From Diplonema japonicum (Eukaryota; Protista; Euglenozoa: Diplonemea): a DNA stretch of 64,000 nucleotides. The stretch's first letter is position 1. Each line of letters starts with the position of its first letter. The position numbers and the translations under genes were made by a program. Positions 39,401-54,400 of the stretch are shown in pieces. The stretch lies in contig OZ025746.1 of assembly GCA_964019335.1 (NCBI GenBank), positions 1 to 64,000 on the forward strand, given 5' to 3'. The notes below the pieces were generated by a model, which worked only from the letters and a program-made list of their open reading frames with translations, did not search any database and was not told where the DNA came from.

Positions 39401-42400
39401 GCAACCAGCCACTTGCCCCACTCGGTCTCAGGGCTGCACAGCTTGTTGAACACGTTCACCTGCAGCTCTTCCAGCTTGTAGCTCCTGGTGACGTCACTGA
39501 TCGAAGACAGGGAGTTTTCAGCATCGATGTCAGCTTGCGTGCTGATGTCAAGCTTCCTGAGAGCAACACCCAAAATGTACACGTTGGTCGAACGAAGCTT
39601 TGTGGTACCCTCAGTCAGCTGCTGGGGCTCATCCATGACAAATTTGTCCGTGATGATGATCACCATCCTCTTCCTGTTGTCAGTGACAGTTCCGAACATG
39701 CCCGCTGCCACGTTCAACGACTCTGCAACAAAGGTATCCTTTTTAGCCTGGCTCTTCTCATGCCAAGCGATGTCAGAAACAAGCTCAGGGTAGTAGCCAG
39801 ACAGACGGCCCATGGAAGTGGTCGGGTCAGACTGCGAGGGGTAAACCGCAGAGCCAGGGACCTTACCGGCCACAATGAGCTTCTGGTCACCGCTGAACTG
39901 GATGAGACCGACACGTGCAAGACCCTTGCCGTAGCCACTGGGGTTGGCACCGGCCCTGCCCTCCACGCCGGCCAGGGAAAGCATGTGGAACCAGTCCTGG
40001 AACATTTCGGTGACAGCGAAGTAGCCGTTGGGGTGGCTGCCGAAGGCATCCGACATACTATTGGAGCCAGAGAACAGTACGATGACATCCAAAGTAGGGC
40101 AGGCACCGTAGTTGATGTTCACGCAAGACCCTTCGTGCCAGAAGCAGTTAATATCAGCATTGCACTCGCAGTGCGCTTCTGCCGCAGAGTTGTGGCTGTC
40201 ACACTTAACCTCGTCACAAGTTCCGAAGTCGTAGTAGCAGAGAGGGTCCATGTTGCAAGAGTTCTGGTCAGGGAACTGAGCGCAGTAGCGCTGCTTGCAT
40301 GCCCCGGGCGATAGCTCGGCGTTCCACTTGCACTCTGAGTCCTCAGCGCACGACTCCTCAGTTGCGTGGTGCACACATGGCTTCTCTACACACTTGACCT
40401 TAGCGGCATCCCAGTCACACAACAGCTGCTGCTTAATGCAGCAGTTCTCGTCTGCGCACTTGCTGCAGACCTTCCTCTTGCAGATGGTGTCAGCAGTGTC
40501 CCACACGCAGTCCACATTATCAGTGCACGCAGGCTCAGTACCAAGGTTGACGCAAGGGTCGAGGGAGCATTCCTTGGTGATGGAGTCGTACAAGCACCCA
40601 ATCGGGTCGCTGAGGCAAGAGTCCTTGGACTCGTGGACGCACGGCTTGACCTGGCACCCGTTAGGGGTGGATGTCGCATTCCAGAAGCATTCGGCGTCCT
40701 TCACACAGTCAGAACCACTGTCGTACTTGCAGACCTCCTTCTTGTAGCAAACAGACACGCTGGCGTCCCAAACACAATGGTTGTCAGTGTCGGCGTTGCA
40801 CTCGTTTACCTCGCAGTGCGTGAAACACGGGGTGTTACCGCACGACAGACTGCTGTCCCTCCACACACAACCCTTGTCCTGGTTGCATGTGTTCTTCTGA
40901 ATGTAGTAGCCACACGGATTGTGTGCGCCACCAGGCTCGTTGGCGCTGTCGGCGACGACGTACTTGCCCCACTTTCCGTTAGGGTCGCACAGCCCGTCGA
41001 GGACCTTCTCAATCACTTCATCAATGAGCAAGTTCTCGAAGTGCTCATCCTTGGGGCTGGACACGATCGGCTTCAAGATGTCCTCAGCGTCCTTGTCCAC
41101 CTGAGTATGGCTAGTCGCCCTCCTCAGCACAAGACCGAACACGACCACCCTTGCCTGGTCGAGCTTCTTCCTGGACTCCGTGAGGCGGTCGGCGTCCATG
41201 ATGGCACCGTCAGTCAGGATGATCATCACCCTCCTCCTGCCGTCGTTAGGAGACCCAGAGAACATGCCAACCGCCTTCTCCAGAGCCTCCTCGATGTAAG
41301 TCTTGCCCATCATGTAGTTGGACTCGTGCCAAGTAATGTCGTTGTTCAACTGGTCGAGGCTGCCTGACAGCCTACCGCCGGTGCCCACAGCAGGGGGTGT
41401 CTTGATAGACGACTTCACCACGGTGTTTGTGGGGCTCATCTGTGTGCCGTCACCACTGAACTGGATGAGACCAATCCTCACGGCTCCAGTCGGCTGGGAC
41501 TGAGAACCAACAGACGCAAGCTCACCACTCAAGGGGAGCGTCTTCATCCAGTCACGGAGCATCTCAATCATGGCGTAGAAACCGTGCGGGTGGCGCCCGA
41601 AGCTCTGAGACATGGAAGCAGACCCGTCCACCACCATCACAATGTCAAGGGTGGGGCACTGCCCGAACTTCTGCTCTTCGCAGACACCCACGCCGTTGTG
41701 AACGGTCCAGTAGCACGATGGGTCCTGCTGGCACGCGCACGAGTCAGGGATCTTCCTGCAAATCTTCTCAACGCACACATTCTTGATGCTTTCCCAGATG
41801 CACCCTGGTTCGGGAGCGCACTGACCCTCGGTGAACTTGGCGCAGTACGGCTGCTGGCAACTACCAGGGGGCGATGACACGTCCCAGTGGCACTTGAGCT
41901 GCTGGTCGCATGAGAGTTCATCAACGTACTGAACGCACGGCCTCGGCTGGCACTCTTCAGAATCAGGCATCCACATGCAGAATACATCATTCTTGCAAAC
42001 AGTTTCGTCGGTGTGCGTGCACTTCTTCTCAATGCAAGTGTCGTTCTTCCACTCGCACGAGCCAGACGGGTCGGTGTTGCAAACAGTGTCCACAGTGTGC
42101 ATCACGCACGGCTTGAGCACGCACTTCCCAGCGGGCATCTCCCATTCACAAACAAACTCGGTGTCGGTGAGGCACGAGTCCTCGTCACCGTGCTTGCAAG
42201 GGGTAGGGCCACATGTGTTGCCGGTAGAGTTCCAAATGCATGCGCCACTCGGAACACCATTGCAGTCAGCCTCGTTGTCCTGGGGACAGATGGGTTCCTT
42301 GTAGCACGACTTAACGTCTTCCTTCCACACAGTGCATTGGTTCTCAGTGTCCGCAAGACATATTGTGCTGTTGCAGTGGAGCAGACACGGGGAGTCCACA

Positions 42401-45400
42401 CAAGCAGTGAGAGAGTCGCTCCAGTCACAGCCGCTGTCCTGCATGCAAGTGCTCTTCAACACGTAGGTTCCGCACGGCTGATGTACGCCACCGTCGTTCG
42501 CGGGCTTCAGCGAAAGAACCGAACCCCAACCGAATGTCCTATCACACAACCTGGTCAGAGGGCTCTGCTGAGACACAAGGTCGTCCATCTCGAGGTTAAT
42601 GAAGTGGTTCATGTGATCGTCAGATGTGATGGGCTTCAATGCCGCCTCAGCGTCGATATCAGTGGTGGTGTGTGCGGAGGTACGTCTCATGACGATACCG
42701 AAGATCTCAGCGTCGGCAGACAGAAGCGCACCTCTGCTGCTGGCAGCCTTGGTGGTATCCTGGAGCTTCCCGTCGGTGATGATCATCACAGCACGCCTCC
42801 TGCCGGGCTCGGTGGGCGACGCACGCATCATGTCCGCAGCCATCGTAAGGGCGTAAGAAACGAAAGTCCCAGAGCCCATGAAGTTGTCCTCGTGCCACTG
42901 CAGATCGGCCTTGAGTTCAGCAAGGTCACCGGAGAGCCTACCGCTGCTTCCAATACCACCTGGGGCCTTGACAGCAGACGTCGAACCATCGTCGATGCCA
43001 CTGAACTGGATAACTCCAAGCCTCATTTTTCTGGTGTTGCCGTTGGTGGGCATGCCCGCCTTCTCACCGCTGAGTGGCAGCGTTGCAATCCAGTCAGACA
43101 GGGCAGCTGTGAGTGCAAAGAAACCGTGCGGGTGACGGCCAAAGGACTGGGACATCGTCAGAGAACCATCGATAATGAGGATCAAGTCAAGCGTGGGGCA
43201 CGTGCCGTACGTCTTGTCAACGCACTGGGCAACACCATTCTCCTGAACAAGCCAGAAGCAGTCAAGGTCGCTGTGGCACTCGCATGCATCCCACTTCGAG
43301 CAGTCCTTGGTGACGCAGTCCTCAGTCTTGTTGATAGGCATGCACTGCGCGTCCTGCGAGCACGTTTCTTCGTTACAATCATTACCGTTGCAATGCTTTC
43401 TGCAGAATTTCTCGAAGCAGATACCAGGGGCAATGGAGGTGTCCCAGTGGCAGTTCTTCCTCCTGTCACAGGTCAGCTCGTCACCGTACTCAGTGCAAGG
43501 CTTGGGGTTGCATGTGTTGCTCTTCCACTCACAGTACGGGTCAGTAGAGCATTTCGTCTGGTCAGTGTACTGGCACCTCTTGGGTACGCACACGCTTGTG
43601 GTAGCATTCCAGGTGCAGTTCTCCTTCTTCAGATCCAACTCGCAGGCGTCGTAGTTGTCGTAGTTGCAGATCTTCTTTATACACTCCTGGTTCAAGTTGT
43701 CCCACACGCACTCCAGAGGGTCTGTCTGGCAGCCCTGCTCATTGTCGTGCTTGCACTCCTTACCAATGCAAGTCTTGCCATCGGTGTCCAGCTGGCAGTT
43801 CGCATCTGCTGCGCACTGCACGGGGTCAACATAGACACAGATCTTCTCCTTGCCACAGCCCTGCGTGGTCGCGTTCCACTGGCACTTGTTGTCGGTATCA
43901 GCAGTGCAGACAGATGACTCACAGTGAGTGAGGCACTGTGACTCACTGCACGACAGAGTGTTGTCATACCACACGCAGTTTGAATCTTTGTTGCAGCCAT
44001 CCTTCACAGTGTACTGCGGGCAGGGCTTCGCGGCCGTCTCAGGCTTGGCGATAAACTTGCCCCAGTTCTCAGGCTTGCTGCGGTCACACAGACCTTCAAG
44101 CACACCTGGAAGGAGGTCGATCTGGACGTTCACAATGTGCTCTTCCTGGGGGCTAGTTGTCACCTTCTTCAGTGACGTCGTAGCGGCCTTGTCAACAGGG
44201 CCGGTAGCCCCTGTGGGCCTCACAACAGCACCGAACACGTGAGCACCAGCCTGGTCAAGGGCGGCCCTGGCGGTCTGGTACTGGTCCTTGTCGTCAAGCT
44301 CGTTGTCAGTCACCACGATGAGAACCTTGGTGCGGGTAGCGGGCGAGGTGCGGAACAATTCCACAGCCTTGTTCAAACCAGCAAGGAGGTAGGTCTTCTG
44401 AGTAGCGGGCTGAAGCACAGCAGACATGCCCATGAAGTTGGCCTCGTGGTCAGTGATGTCAGCAGCAAGCTCAGTCCTCATACCAGAGAACCTGCCACCA
44501 GTACCAACACTGGGAGGTGTCACGTACATCTGCCTCCTGTCGTCAGCTGACCACAAGTCGCTACCACCGAACTGCACAAGAGCAACCCTCGACATGTCAG
44601 ACATGGAGGCGGTGGGGGCACCAGCAGCTTCACCGCTGAGGGGCAGAGAGAACACCCAGTCCTTCAGCATTGAGGTCAAAGCGTAGAAACCGACAGGATG
44701 CCTGTTGTACGCCCTCATCATCGAAACACCACCATCGAAAAGGACCACAACATCCATAGTGGGGCACGCACCGTACTTCTGCGAGGTACAGTGGGGACCA
44801 CCCGAGGCGGAGCTCCAGAAGCAGTCAGCGTCAGACCTGCACGAGCACTGGTCCTTGCCAGAGCAGTCCTTGGGAACACACACACTGGCAGCGGTGTCGT
44901 ACATGCAAGTGCTCTCGCTGTCGCAGTTGGAAGAGTTGAACTTCCTGCACGGCTCCTCCTTGCACAGGCCCGGTGACTGCGAGACATCCCAGTGGCATCC
45001 GTCATTGTTCTTGCAGCACTTCTCGTTGGGGTACTGTGTGCAAGGCAGGCGTTGGCAGGTGGTGCCAGTCCACATGCACATGGCGTCCAACTGACAAGCG
45101 TCAGAGAAAGAGTGGGGACAAGGCTTCTTGATGCACACGTGGTCGTCGCAGTCGTCGTCCCAGGCACACGCAACATCGTTGTTGCAGTCGGCCTCAAGAG
45201 GGTGTTGGCAGGGAGTCACGATACAATCCTTGCCGTTCTGCCACTCGCACTTGTAGTCGGAGTCGGCAATGCAACTCTGCTCGTCGCTGTGCTTGCATGG
45301 CTTCTCAATGCACTCAGTGTTGTTCCACGCGCATTCGCTGTCGGAGTTGCAGCTGCCGGCATCGTTGTGCTTGCAAACATTCTCCTTGTAGCACACAGAG

Positions 45401-48400
45401 TTGGTACTGTTCCAGTAGCAGTGGTTTGCGGTGTCGGCAGTGCAGTTCTGATCAGCGCAGTGCCTCATGCAAGGAGTGTCAATGCACGCGGTGAGCATAT
45501 CACTCCACACGCACCCGGCGTCGTTCCCGCAGTCAACCTTGCCCAGGTAGTTCTTGCAAGGGAGGTGCACACCAGGCTGGGGCACAGGCTTTTGCATGAT
45601 CTGGCTGCCCCACGGAGTGGCGGGGTCGCAGATACCATCAAGCAGGGTGCTAATCTCGTCGATCTCCAGGTTCGCGAAGTGCTCGTTCTGCGGGTTGGTC
45701 GTAAACTTCTTGAGGCTGGCCTCGGCAGCGGTGTCAACAGGTGTGCGGGAAGCGAACCTCCTCACTACAAGACCGAAGGTGTCAACACTCAGCATCCTCG
45801 AGCGCGGCGTGGCGAGGTCGCTTTCGTCAAGGATCTCGCTGTCAGCCATCACAATCAGAATCTTCTTCCTACCTGCGGGAGACACGTCGAACATATCAGC
45901 AGCAGCACTCATGGCAGACGCCAAGTACGTTGCACCGTACATGGGGTTCGTCTCCTGCCAAGCAATGTCGGTCAGGAGCTCCAAACGGTCGCCAGACAGC
46001 CTGCCGCCAGTGCCGACGTTCGAAGGAGCCTTCCTTGCACCGTCAACCCAGTTGTTGGGTGGGATCCTGAATTGGCTCAAACCACTGAACTGGACAAGGC
46101 CAACCCTGGACTTGCCTGCAGGGGGGGTAGCAGAGGGTGTCGATGCTGCGGCCTCACCACTGAGAGGCAGGCTGGCAACCCACTCCTTAATCACCTCGAG
46201 CAGACCAGTGTATCCAACAGGGTGACGCCCGAAGGTAGCCTTCATGGAGCTAGAGCCATCGAACAGTACAACGATGTCCATAGTGGGGCAGTCACCGAAC
46301 TGGGTCGACACACACGAACCTTCCGTGGTCCAGAAGCATTCAGCATCGCTCTGGCATCTGCACACCTCGAAAGTGGTACAGTCCTTCTTCACGCACTTCG
46401 GAGTGGATTGGCTACTCGAACCCGACACAGTGCCGTTGCTCCACATGCACTGACCGTCGCCGTTGCAGGGTCCTTCCTCGCCGTACCTCCTGCAGTACTT
46501 TTCGAAGCAAATACCAGGAGCGATCGAGGTGTCCCAATGGCAGTCCTCGTTGTCCTGGCACTTCACCTCATCAGCGTACTGCGTGCACGGTTTCTCACCG
46601 CACTCGTTCTCCCACTCACAGTAAGGGTCCGCAGTGCACTCGGTCTTCTTCGGATACTGGCACCTCTTGGTCACGCACGTTTGAATGGTAGCGTTCCAAG
46701 TGCAGTTCTCTTTCTTCAGATCCATCTCGCAGGCGTCGGGGTTGTCGTAGTTGCAGACGGTTTCACCACAAGTCTTTGCGATGTTGTTCCACTGGCAGGT
46801 GTCAGGATCAGCCTGGCAACCCTGCTCAGTCTCGTGTTTGCACTTCTTGCCGCTGCAAGTGTAGCCGTCACCAACTTCACACCTATCGTCAGCCTCACAG
46901 GCAGCTGGGTCTGCGTAATCGCAGATCTTCTCCTTGCCACAGCTCTCTGTGCTTGTGTTCCACTGGCAGGTGTTGACAGTGTCAACAGTGCAGTTAACAT
47001 CCTTGCAGTGAGTGAGGCACGGTGACTCACCGCACGACAACGAGTTGTCGAACCACACGCAGTTTGAATCTTTGTTGCAGCCATCCTTCACAGTGTACTG
47101 CGGGCAGGGCTTCGCGGCCGTCTCAGGCTTGGCGACGAAGTTGCCCCAGTTCTCAGGCTTGCTGCGGTCACACAGACCTTCAAGCACAGCAGGGAGAGCA
47201 TCGATCTCGACGTTCACGATGTGCTTATCCTGGGGGGCAGTTGTTATCTTGTTCAAGGCAGCGGCAGCGGCCTTGTCAACAGGGCCGGAAACTGAGGGCC
47301 TCACAGCAGCACCGAACACGTGAGCACCAGCCTGGTCAAGGGCGGCCTTGGCGGTCTGGTACTGGTCCTTGTCGTCAAACTCGTTGTCAGTCACCACGAT
47401 GAGAACCTTGGTGCGGGTAGGGGGCGAGTTGCGGAACAGGTCCACAGCCTTGTTCAAACCAGCAAGGAGGTAGGTCTTCTGAGTAGCGGGCTGAAGCACA
47501 GCAGACATGCCCATGAAGTTGGCCTCGTGGTCAGTGAAGTCAGCAGCAAGCTCAGTCCTCATACCAGAGAACCTGCCACCAGTACCAACACCAGGAGATG
47601 TCACGTACATCTGCTTCCTGTCGCTAGAAAGCCACGAGTCGCTACCACCGAACTGCACAAGAGCAACCCTCGACATGTCAGACATGGAGGCGGTGGGGGC
47701 ACCAGCAGCTTCACCGCTGAGGGGCAGAGAGAACACCCAGTCCTTCAGCATTGAGGTCAAAGCGTAGAAACCGACAGGATGCCTGTTGTACACCCTGTTC
47801 ATCGAAACACCACCATCGAAAAGGACCACAACATCCATAGTGGGGCACGCACCGTACTTCTGCGAGGTACAGTGGGGACCACCCGAGGCGGAGCTCCAGA
47901 AGCAGTCAGCGTCAGACCTGCACGAGCACTGGTCCTTGCCAGAGCAGTCCTTGGGAACACACACACTGGCAGCGGTGTTGTACATGCAAGTGCTCTCGCT
48001 GTCGCAGTTGGAAGAGTTGAACTTCCTGCACGGCTCCTCCTTGCAGAGACCCGGTGCCTGCGAGACATCCCAGTGGCATCCGTCATTGGTGTTACAGCAC
48101 TTCTCGTTGGGGTACTGTGTGCAAGGCAGGCGTTGGCAGGTGGTGCCAGTCCACATGCACATGGCGTCCAACTGACAGTCAGCGGAGGCCGCGTGAGTGC
48201 AAGGCTTCTTGATGCACACGTGGTCGTCGCAGTCGGCGTCCCATTCACAAGCAGTATCGCTGCTGCAGTCGACCTCAAGAGGGTGTTGGCAAGGAGTCTC
48301 GATACATTTCTTCTCGTTGGTCTGCCACTCGCACTTGGTGTCGGTGTCGACAAGGCAGCTTTGCTCGTTGTCGTGCTTGCACGGCTTCTCAATGCACCCA

Positions 48401-51400
48401 GTTTTGTTCCACTTGCACTCGTCATCGTTGTTGCATTCAGCAGCGTTGCCATACGTGCACGGCTTGAACTTGAAGCACTCTCCAGTTGCGCTGTCCCAGA
48501 AGCAATGGTTGGCAGTGTCAGGAGTGCATTCAGCTTCCTCACAGTGAGCGACGCAGGCGGAGTCGGTGCACGCAGTGAGGACATCGCTCCAGAGACACCC
48601 AGGATCCTGATCACAACCGACCTTGTTGCCGTGATGCATGCACGGAAGGTGCTTGCCAGCCTGGTTGGTAGGGATTGGAGGGACGATGAGTTTTCCCCAC
48701 TTGCTACCGGGGTCACAGAGGCCAGTAAGCACGGTGTTCACCTCGTCAATCTCCAAGTTGTAAGTGTGCTCAGAGTCGACGGATGACACAATCTTCTTCA
48801 GAGTCTCCTCCGAAAGCTTGTCGCCAGCGGTGATCTGCGTTTGCCTCCTGATCATGATACCGAACCTAGCAACACCCATCCCTTCAAGCTTGACAACAGC
48901 ATTAGTTGTGTCACCGATGTCCTGAATCACACCGTCCGTAAATACGAGCAGGACCTTGGTCCTGCCATCTCCGGGAGATTGGCTCTGGAAGATGGACACC
49001 GCTTTTTCCAAGGATTTGGCGATGAAGGTACCAGCCGCAAGGTAGTTGCCCTCGTGCCAGGTAAGGTCACTAGAAAGTTCCGACCCAAGACCCGAAAGCC
49101 TGCCCGCAGTACCAGTGCCAGGCGGAGCCACGGCAACGGACTCAATAATGGGGCCAGAGGCACCGAACTCGGGGTGGCCACTGAACTGAACGAATGCAAC
49201 TCTCACCTTCTCGGTAAGCTTGGAAGCAGAACCGACGACGGCGGGCTCGCCATTAAGAGGGAGCGACAGAACCCAGTCACGGAGCATTTCAATAAGTGCG
49301 TAGAAACCGTTAGGGTGACGGCCGAAGCTCAATGCCATCGAGCCAGACCCATCGATGATGGAGACGATGTCCAGGGTGGGGCACTCGCCGTACTTCGAGT
49401 CAACGCAGGTGGCGGTACCAGCGTTGTCGATCTTCCAGTAGCACTCGACATCCTTCTTGCACTCACACTTCTCGAACTTGTTGCAGTCCTTGGGCACGCA
49501 CTTTGCAGGTGTGTGGTCAACATCGTCATACACACACTCACTGTCTGCGTTACAAGTGTCCTTAGTGGTGTACTTCAAGCAGGGCTGCGGCACGCACATC
49601 GCCGGCGACACAGCGTAGTTCCAGTCACAGTCCTCGTCCCTTGCACAAGTGATCTCATCTGGGTACTTCGCGCAAGGCTTCAAAGTGCAGTTCAATTTCA
49701 CGTCGTCCCACACGCAGTACGGGTCCTGCTTGCAGTCACCCATGCTGGACGTGCACTTTTCTTCCTCGCATGCACCAGAGGTGGCGAACTTGTAACCGAA
49801 AGCGTTCGACGACATGCACGGTGTGTCGGTGGGCATGCCGAATTCGCAAGCGAACCCAGCAACACCCGGCCCTGCAAGGGTGGACGTGGTCCATGCGCCA
49901 GACGGCCAGGACACAACAGCGTAGTTATCAGCAGAAGGCTCAGCCGGTGCGTTCCAGTTGTTGTACACGGTCTTGGACAGATAGGTCGCGGGGACAAAAG
50001 CAGCCCCAGCACCAGTACCAATGTCCATGCCTGTGTTACCGTTCTCCTTGCCCTCAGGGCCAGTCACCCACTTCCAAGTCGACTGAACAGCGACGTCGGT
50101 GGCACCGATCCAGCTCTGCCCACCAAGCTTGTTGGTGGCAATAGTAGTCTCCTCAGCGCTGGTGATCGTCATGAGGTAGCCCTGGGAACCGAGTACGGTC
50201 TTGGTTTCGCAAGCTGCCTTTGCCTCCTCCCAAGTGCAGCCACCGTTGGTGCCGGAGCACTCAGAGGTCTCGAAGTAGCGGTAGTAGTGGCCTGTCTCGA
50301 ACGCGTAGTAAGCGTCGCCAAGGTTCCACGTCAACTTCCTGGCAGCACCGTCGTCGGAAGTCGTGGTGAACTCAACCATACGGAGCCCAGCCAAAAGATC
50401 GTTGATCGAGGCAGCGGCACCACCAGGGCCCCTGAAGAACAAGAGACCCGACTTCGAGCGCCACTCAACCTCAAGACCAGTGCACGCGGGGCATGCAAGC
50501 GAATCGGTCTTCATGTTGTAACCCTGCGAGATGGCGACGACAGCACCCGGGATGGTGGAAGTGCATGTAAGGGAGCACGACAGCATGGAGCCGGTACAGT
50601 CCTTGGGGTACCCCTCGTCCGTGGAGGTACCGAAGGGCTTCATGGGCGAACCCTTGGAGTACGACGAACTGGTTCCATTGATGGGCTGAAGAGTGTTCCA
50701 AACGCATCCGCTGCCGGTCTGGCATGCGGTCGGTGAAGAGGCAATGCAAGGCTTGTTGCCACAAGTGCTGGCGATGTTGTCCCACACGCACGGGTCAGGG
50801 TCAGCAAGGCAGCCCATCTCGTTGTCGTGGTTGCATGTCTTGTCAGTGCAGGTCACGTTGTCGGAGGCCACCTCACAGTCGGGGTCCGAAGCGCAGTCGA
50901 CAGGCTTGCCAGTGTGGCTAGTGCAGTCAGTGGGGGTCTTCCAGCACGTCTCAGTGTTGGTGTCGTAGAAGCAGTTGTTGACAGTGTCAGCAGTGCAGTT
51001 GGCCTCGAGGCAGTGCTGGAAGCACAAAGTGTCCTGGCAAGACACCGAAGAGTCGTACCAAACGCAACCGGCGTCGAGGTTGCACCCCTTCTTCTCGTTG
51101 TACTGGTTGCAAGGCTTGTGCTTGCCGCCGTTAGTAATGTCAGTGTTGTTCTTGACGTCGACAATGAGCTTGCCGAACGCACCGTTGATGTTGCAAAGGC
51201 TGCCAAGCGCCTTGTCGGTGAGCAGCTCATCGAGCACGATGTTGACAATACGGTCAGTCTTGCTCGGGGACGACGCAATCAAGTTCAGCGAAGCGACAGC
51301 GGCGGTGTCAATGTTGGTCGAGGCAGCCTGCCTCCTCACAGCAACACCGAAGACCTTAGCACCGGACACATCAAGGGTGGCGAGGTAGGGGTTGATCACG

Positions 51401-54400
51401 TCGGTGTCGTAAATCTTCCCTGGAGTCACCACAATGACGATCTTCTTCCTTCCGTCCTGAGGCGAGTTGGACTGCGACAGCATGTTGGCTGCGATCTGCA
51501 GACCCTTCTGAACCATCAGGCCACCGTTGTAGAAGTTAGCCTCCTGCCACTCAATATCGTTCTCCAGCTCTGAAACCATACCAGACAACCTGCCGGCAGT
51601 AGAACCGACAACGGAAGCGGGTACCGCCTGAGCATCAGACCTGCCCAAGTTACCACCATCCTTGTTCACACCAGAGAACTGCACAATACCCACCCTCACG
51701 TTCTTGGCGGTAGAAGTAGGGGTACCGATTGCGCCAGCAGCAACGCCGTTCAGGGGCAGGGCCCTTACCCAGTCCCTCAGGAGCTCAAGCATCCCATAGA
51801 AACCCTGGGGGTGACGGCCGAAGCTCTGCGACATGCCAGTGGAACCGCCAAGAACAAGGACGATGTCCATCTTGGGGCAATCACCGTAGTCCTTCCAGCT
51901 GCAGCCCCCCGGGACGGTCTTGTCGGCACTTCCAGCCTTCCAGAAGCAGTCAGTGTCAGAGATACAGTCACACTTCTCAAGTTTGCTGCAGTCCTTGTCA
52001 ACACACTTGGTGCTAGGGGCAGTTCCGGTGGAAGTACAGCGGGGCTCGGAGTTGCACGCGTCAACATCGTCGTGGTACTTGGCACAAGGCTTCAAAGAGC
52101 ACAGGGCGGGAGACACACTCACGTCCCAGTGGCAATCGTCATCGTGACCGCAGCAGCGTTCGTCTCCGTACTGCGTGCAAGGCTTCCTGCTGCACTTGGA
52201 GGTAAGCGGGGCCCACTCACAGTGCTGGTCGCTGCTGCACACGGTGTAGTCCTTGTGGTCATCAGCGCCACAGCGGTCCTTAAGACAAGCGTCGGGGTTA
52301 CCAGCGTTAGCCGCGCACACATCCCATTCGCAGCCAGCAGCGTCAGTAGTGCAAGAAGACATGTTGCCGGGGTGGTGGCAAGGCTTCAAGTCACACCTCT
52401 TAGTGGCAGAGTCCCATTCGCAGACATCGTTCACGTCAGCCTCGCACTCGGCTTCCGTGGGCTGGTTGCAGGGCCTCTCCTCGCACGTGCTGTTGCTAGC
52501 GGTCCATGTACACTGATCATCGGCATCACAGCAAACCTTGTCGGTGCACCCGCAGATCTCCCTCTTCCAGCAGGCGAGTTCAGTTGAGTTCCAAGTGCAG
52601 AGGTTCTGGGTGTCAGCAGTGCAGTTAGTTTCGCCACAGTGCCTGACGCAGGGAGAATCAATGCACTTCACGAACACACCGCTGTAGATGCAACCCTTGT
52701 CGATAGTGCAGTCGGCTTGGTTGGCATACTGCGAGCACGGCTTGTGCTGGCCTGCCTGGGGGGGCCCTGCAGACTGAGCGATCATCTTACCCCACTTGGT
52801 AGCAGGGTCGCAGAGGCCGCTGAGCTTGGCCGCGAGTTCATCGATCAGAATGTTGTCCATGTGGTCATCAGCAGGGTTTGTCGCAAGAGGCTTGAGCGAT
52901 GCCTCTGCGTTGGTGTCCGCAGCGGTGTGGGCACTGTACCTCCTGATGACGGAGCCGAACACCTCAACATTAAGGTTCACAAGTGCAGCCTGGGCAGCAG
53001 TTACCGTTGCAATGTCAGTGAGCGTGCCGTCAGTCAAAATGATAAGCACTCTCTTCCTGTTGCCGACTGAATCAGCGAACACGGTAGCAGCACGCTCCAG
53101 GGAGGGTGTGATGACCTTGTTGCCGTTTCCAGTGCCAGAAAGCAGCATGTTCTTCTCGTGGTACTGCACACCTTCCTCCAGCTCAGTAGCGTCACCAGAG
53201 AGGCGGCCGCTTGCGCCTGTGCCTGAAGGAGAGTGGCTCTCAGAGCTCACTCCGAACTGCACGAAAGCAACTCTCATACCACCGCTGGTGGCGGTCGAAG
53301 CTGAACCAACAGTGTAACTCTCGCCAGTGAGCCACAGGGTCTTAATCCAGTCGCTCAGCATAGTAGTAATGGCGAAGAAGCCACTTGGGTGCCTCCCAAA
53401 GGTCCTGCCAGTCGATACAGTGCCCGGGATGGCAATGACAATGTCCATGACAGGGCACTGCGAGTACTTGCCCTCCACGCAGTTCTGCTGAGAGCCAATC
53501 TTGCTCTGGTCATTCCAGAAGCATTGCGGCTCCTCCTTGCAAGAGCACGGGTTGTCAAACTTGCTGCACTCCTTGTCAACGCAGATACCGTTCTCCCAAG
53601 TGCAGCTAGCATCGTTCTGGCAGAGATCCGTGCTCTCGTGTTTCCTGCAGGGCGTGACAACACACACCCCAGGTGCAACACTGACATCCCAGTCACACTT
53701 CTCGTCGTCATTGCAGCTCCTCTCGTCGGGGTACTCCGCACACGGCTTCACCACGCACGGGTCAACGTTACCGCCCACCCACTCGCAGAACGGGTCACCT
53801 TCGCAAGTAGTTTTGTCGGTTTCAGTGCACTTCTTCTCCTTGCAAGTACCGGAGACCAGTTCCTGGCTGCCCCACACCTGCGACGGGTCGTTCAGACAGA
53901 CGTCACCAAGACCGCCCCATTCGCAAGCAAAGCCGGTGACAGCACCAGCAACCTCGAAGTCGGCCCACTTACCCGAAGGCAGCTTCACAGCAGCGAAGCG
54001 CTCACCGGCACCGCTGGACGGCTCGCTGGGCTGCTCCCAGTTCACGTACGTCGCGGGGAGACCCTTGCCATTCGCATCAGCACCAGACAGAGCACCATTG
54101 GTGCTGACGGTGAAGCTGCACATTGTGGAAGCTGCCTGGAGCACACAGGGGTTGGATCCACTGATCGCCTCGGGCCCAGTAACCCACCTCCAGCTGCCTG
54201 CAGCACCAGTTGTCGTGGAGTCAGTAGCACCAATCCAGCTAGTGCCGGACAACTTAGCAGTAGCAACGTTGTTCTCATCAGGGGTAGTAATGGTCATGAG
54301 ATAACCCTTGAGCCCGAAGAGGTCGTGTGTGGGGTTCTGACAGAACTGCTGGGCCTCGAGCCAAGTGCACCCGCCACCAGCGCCGCCGCACTCAGCAACA

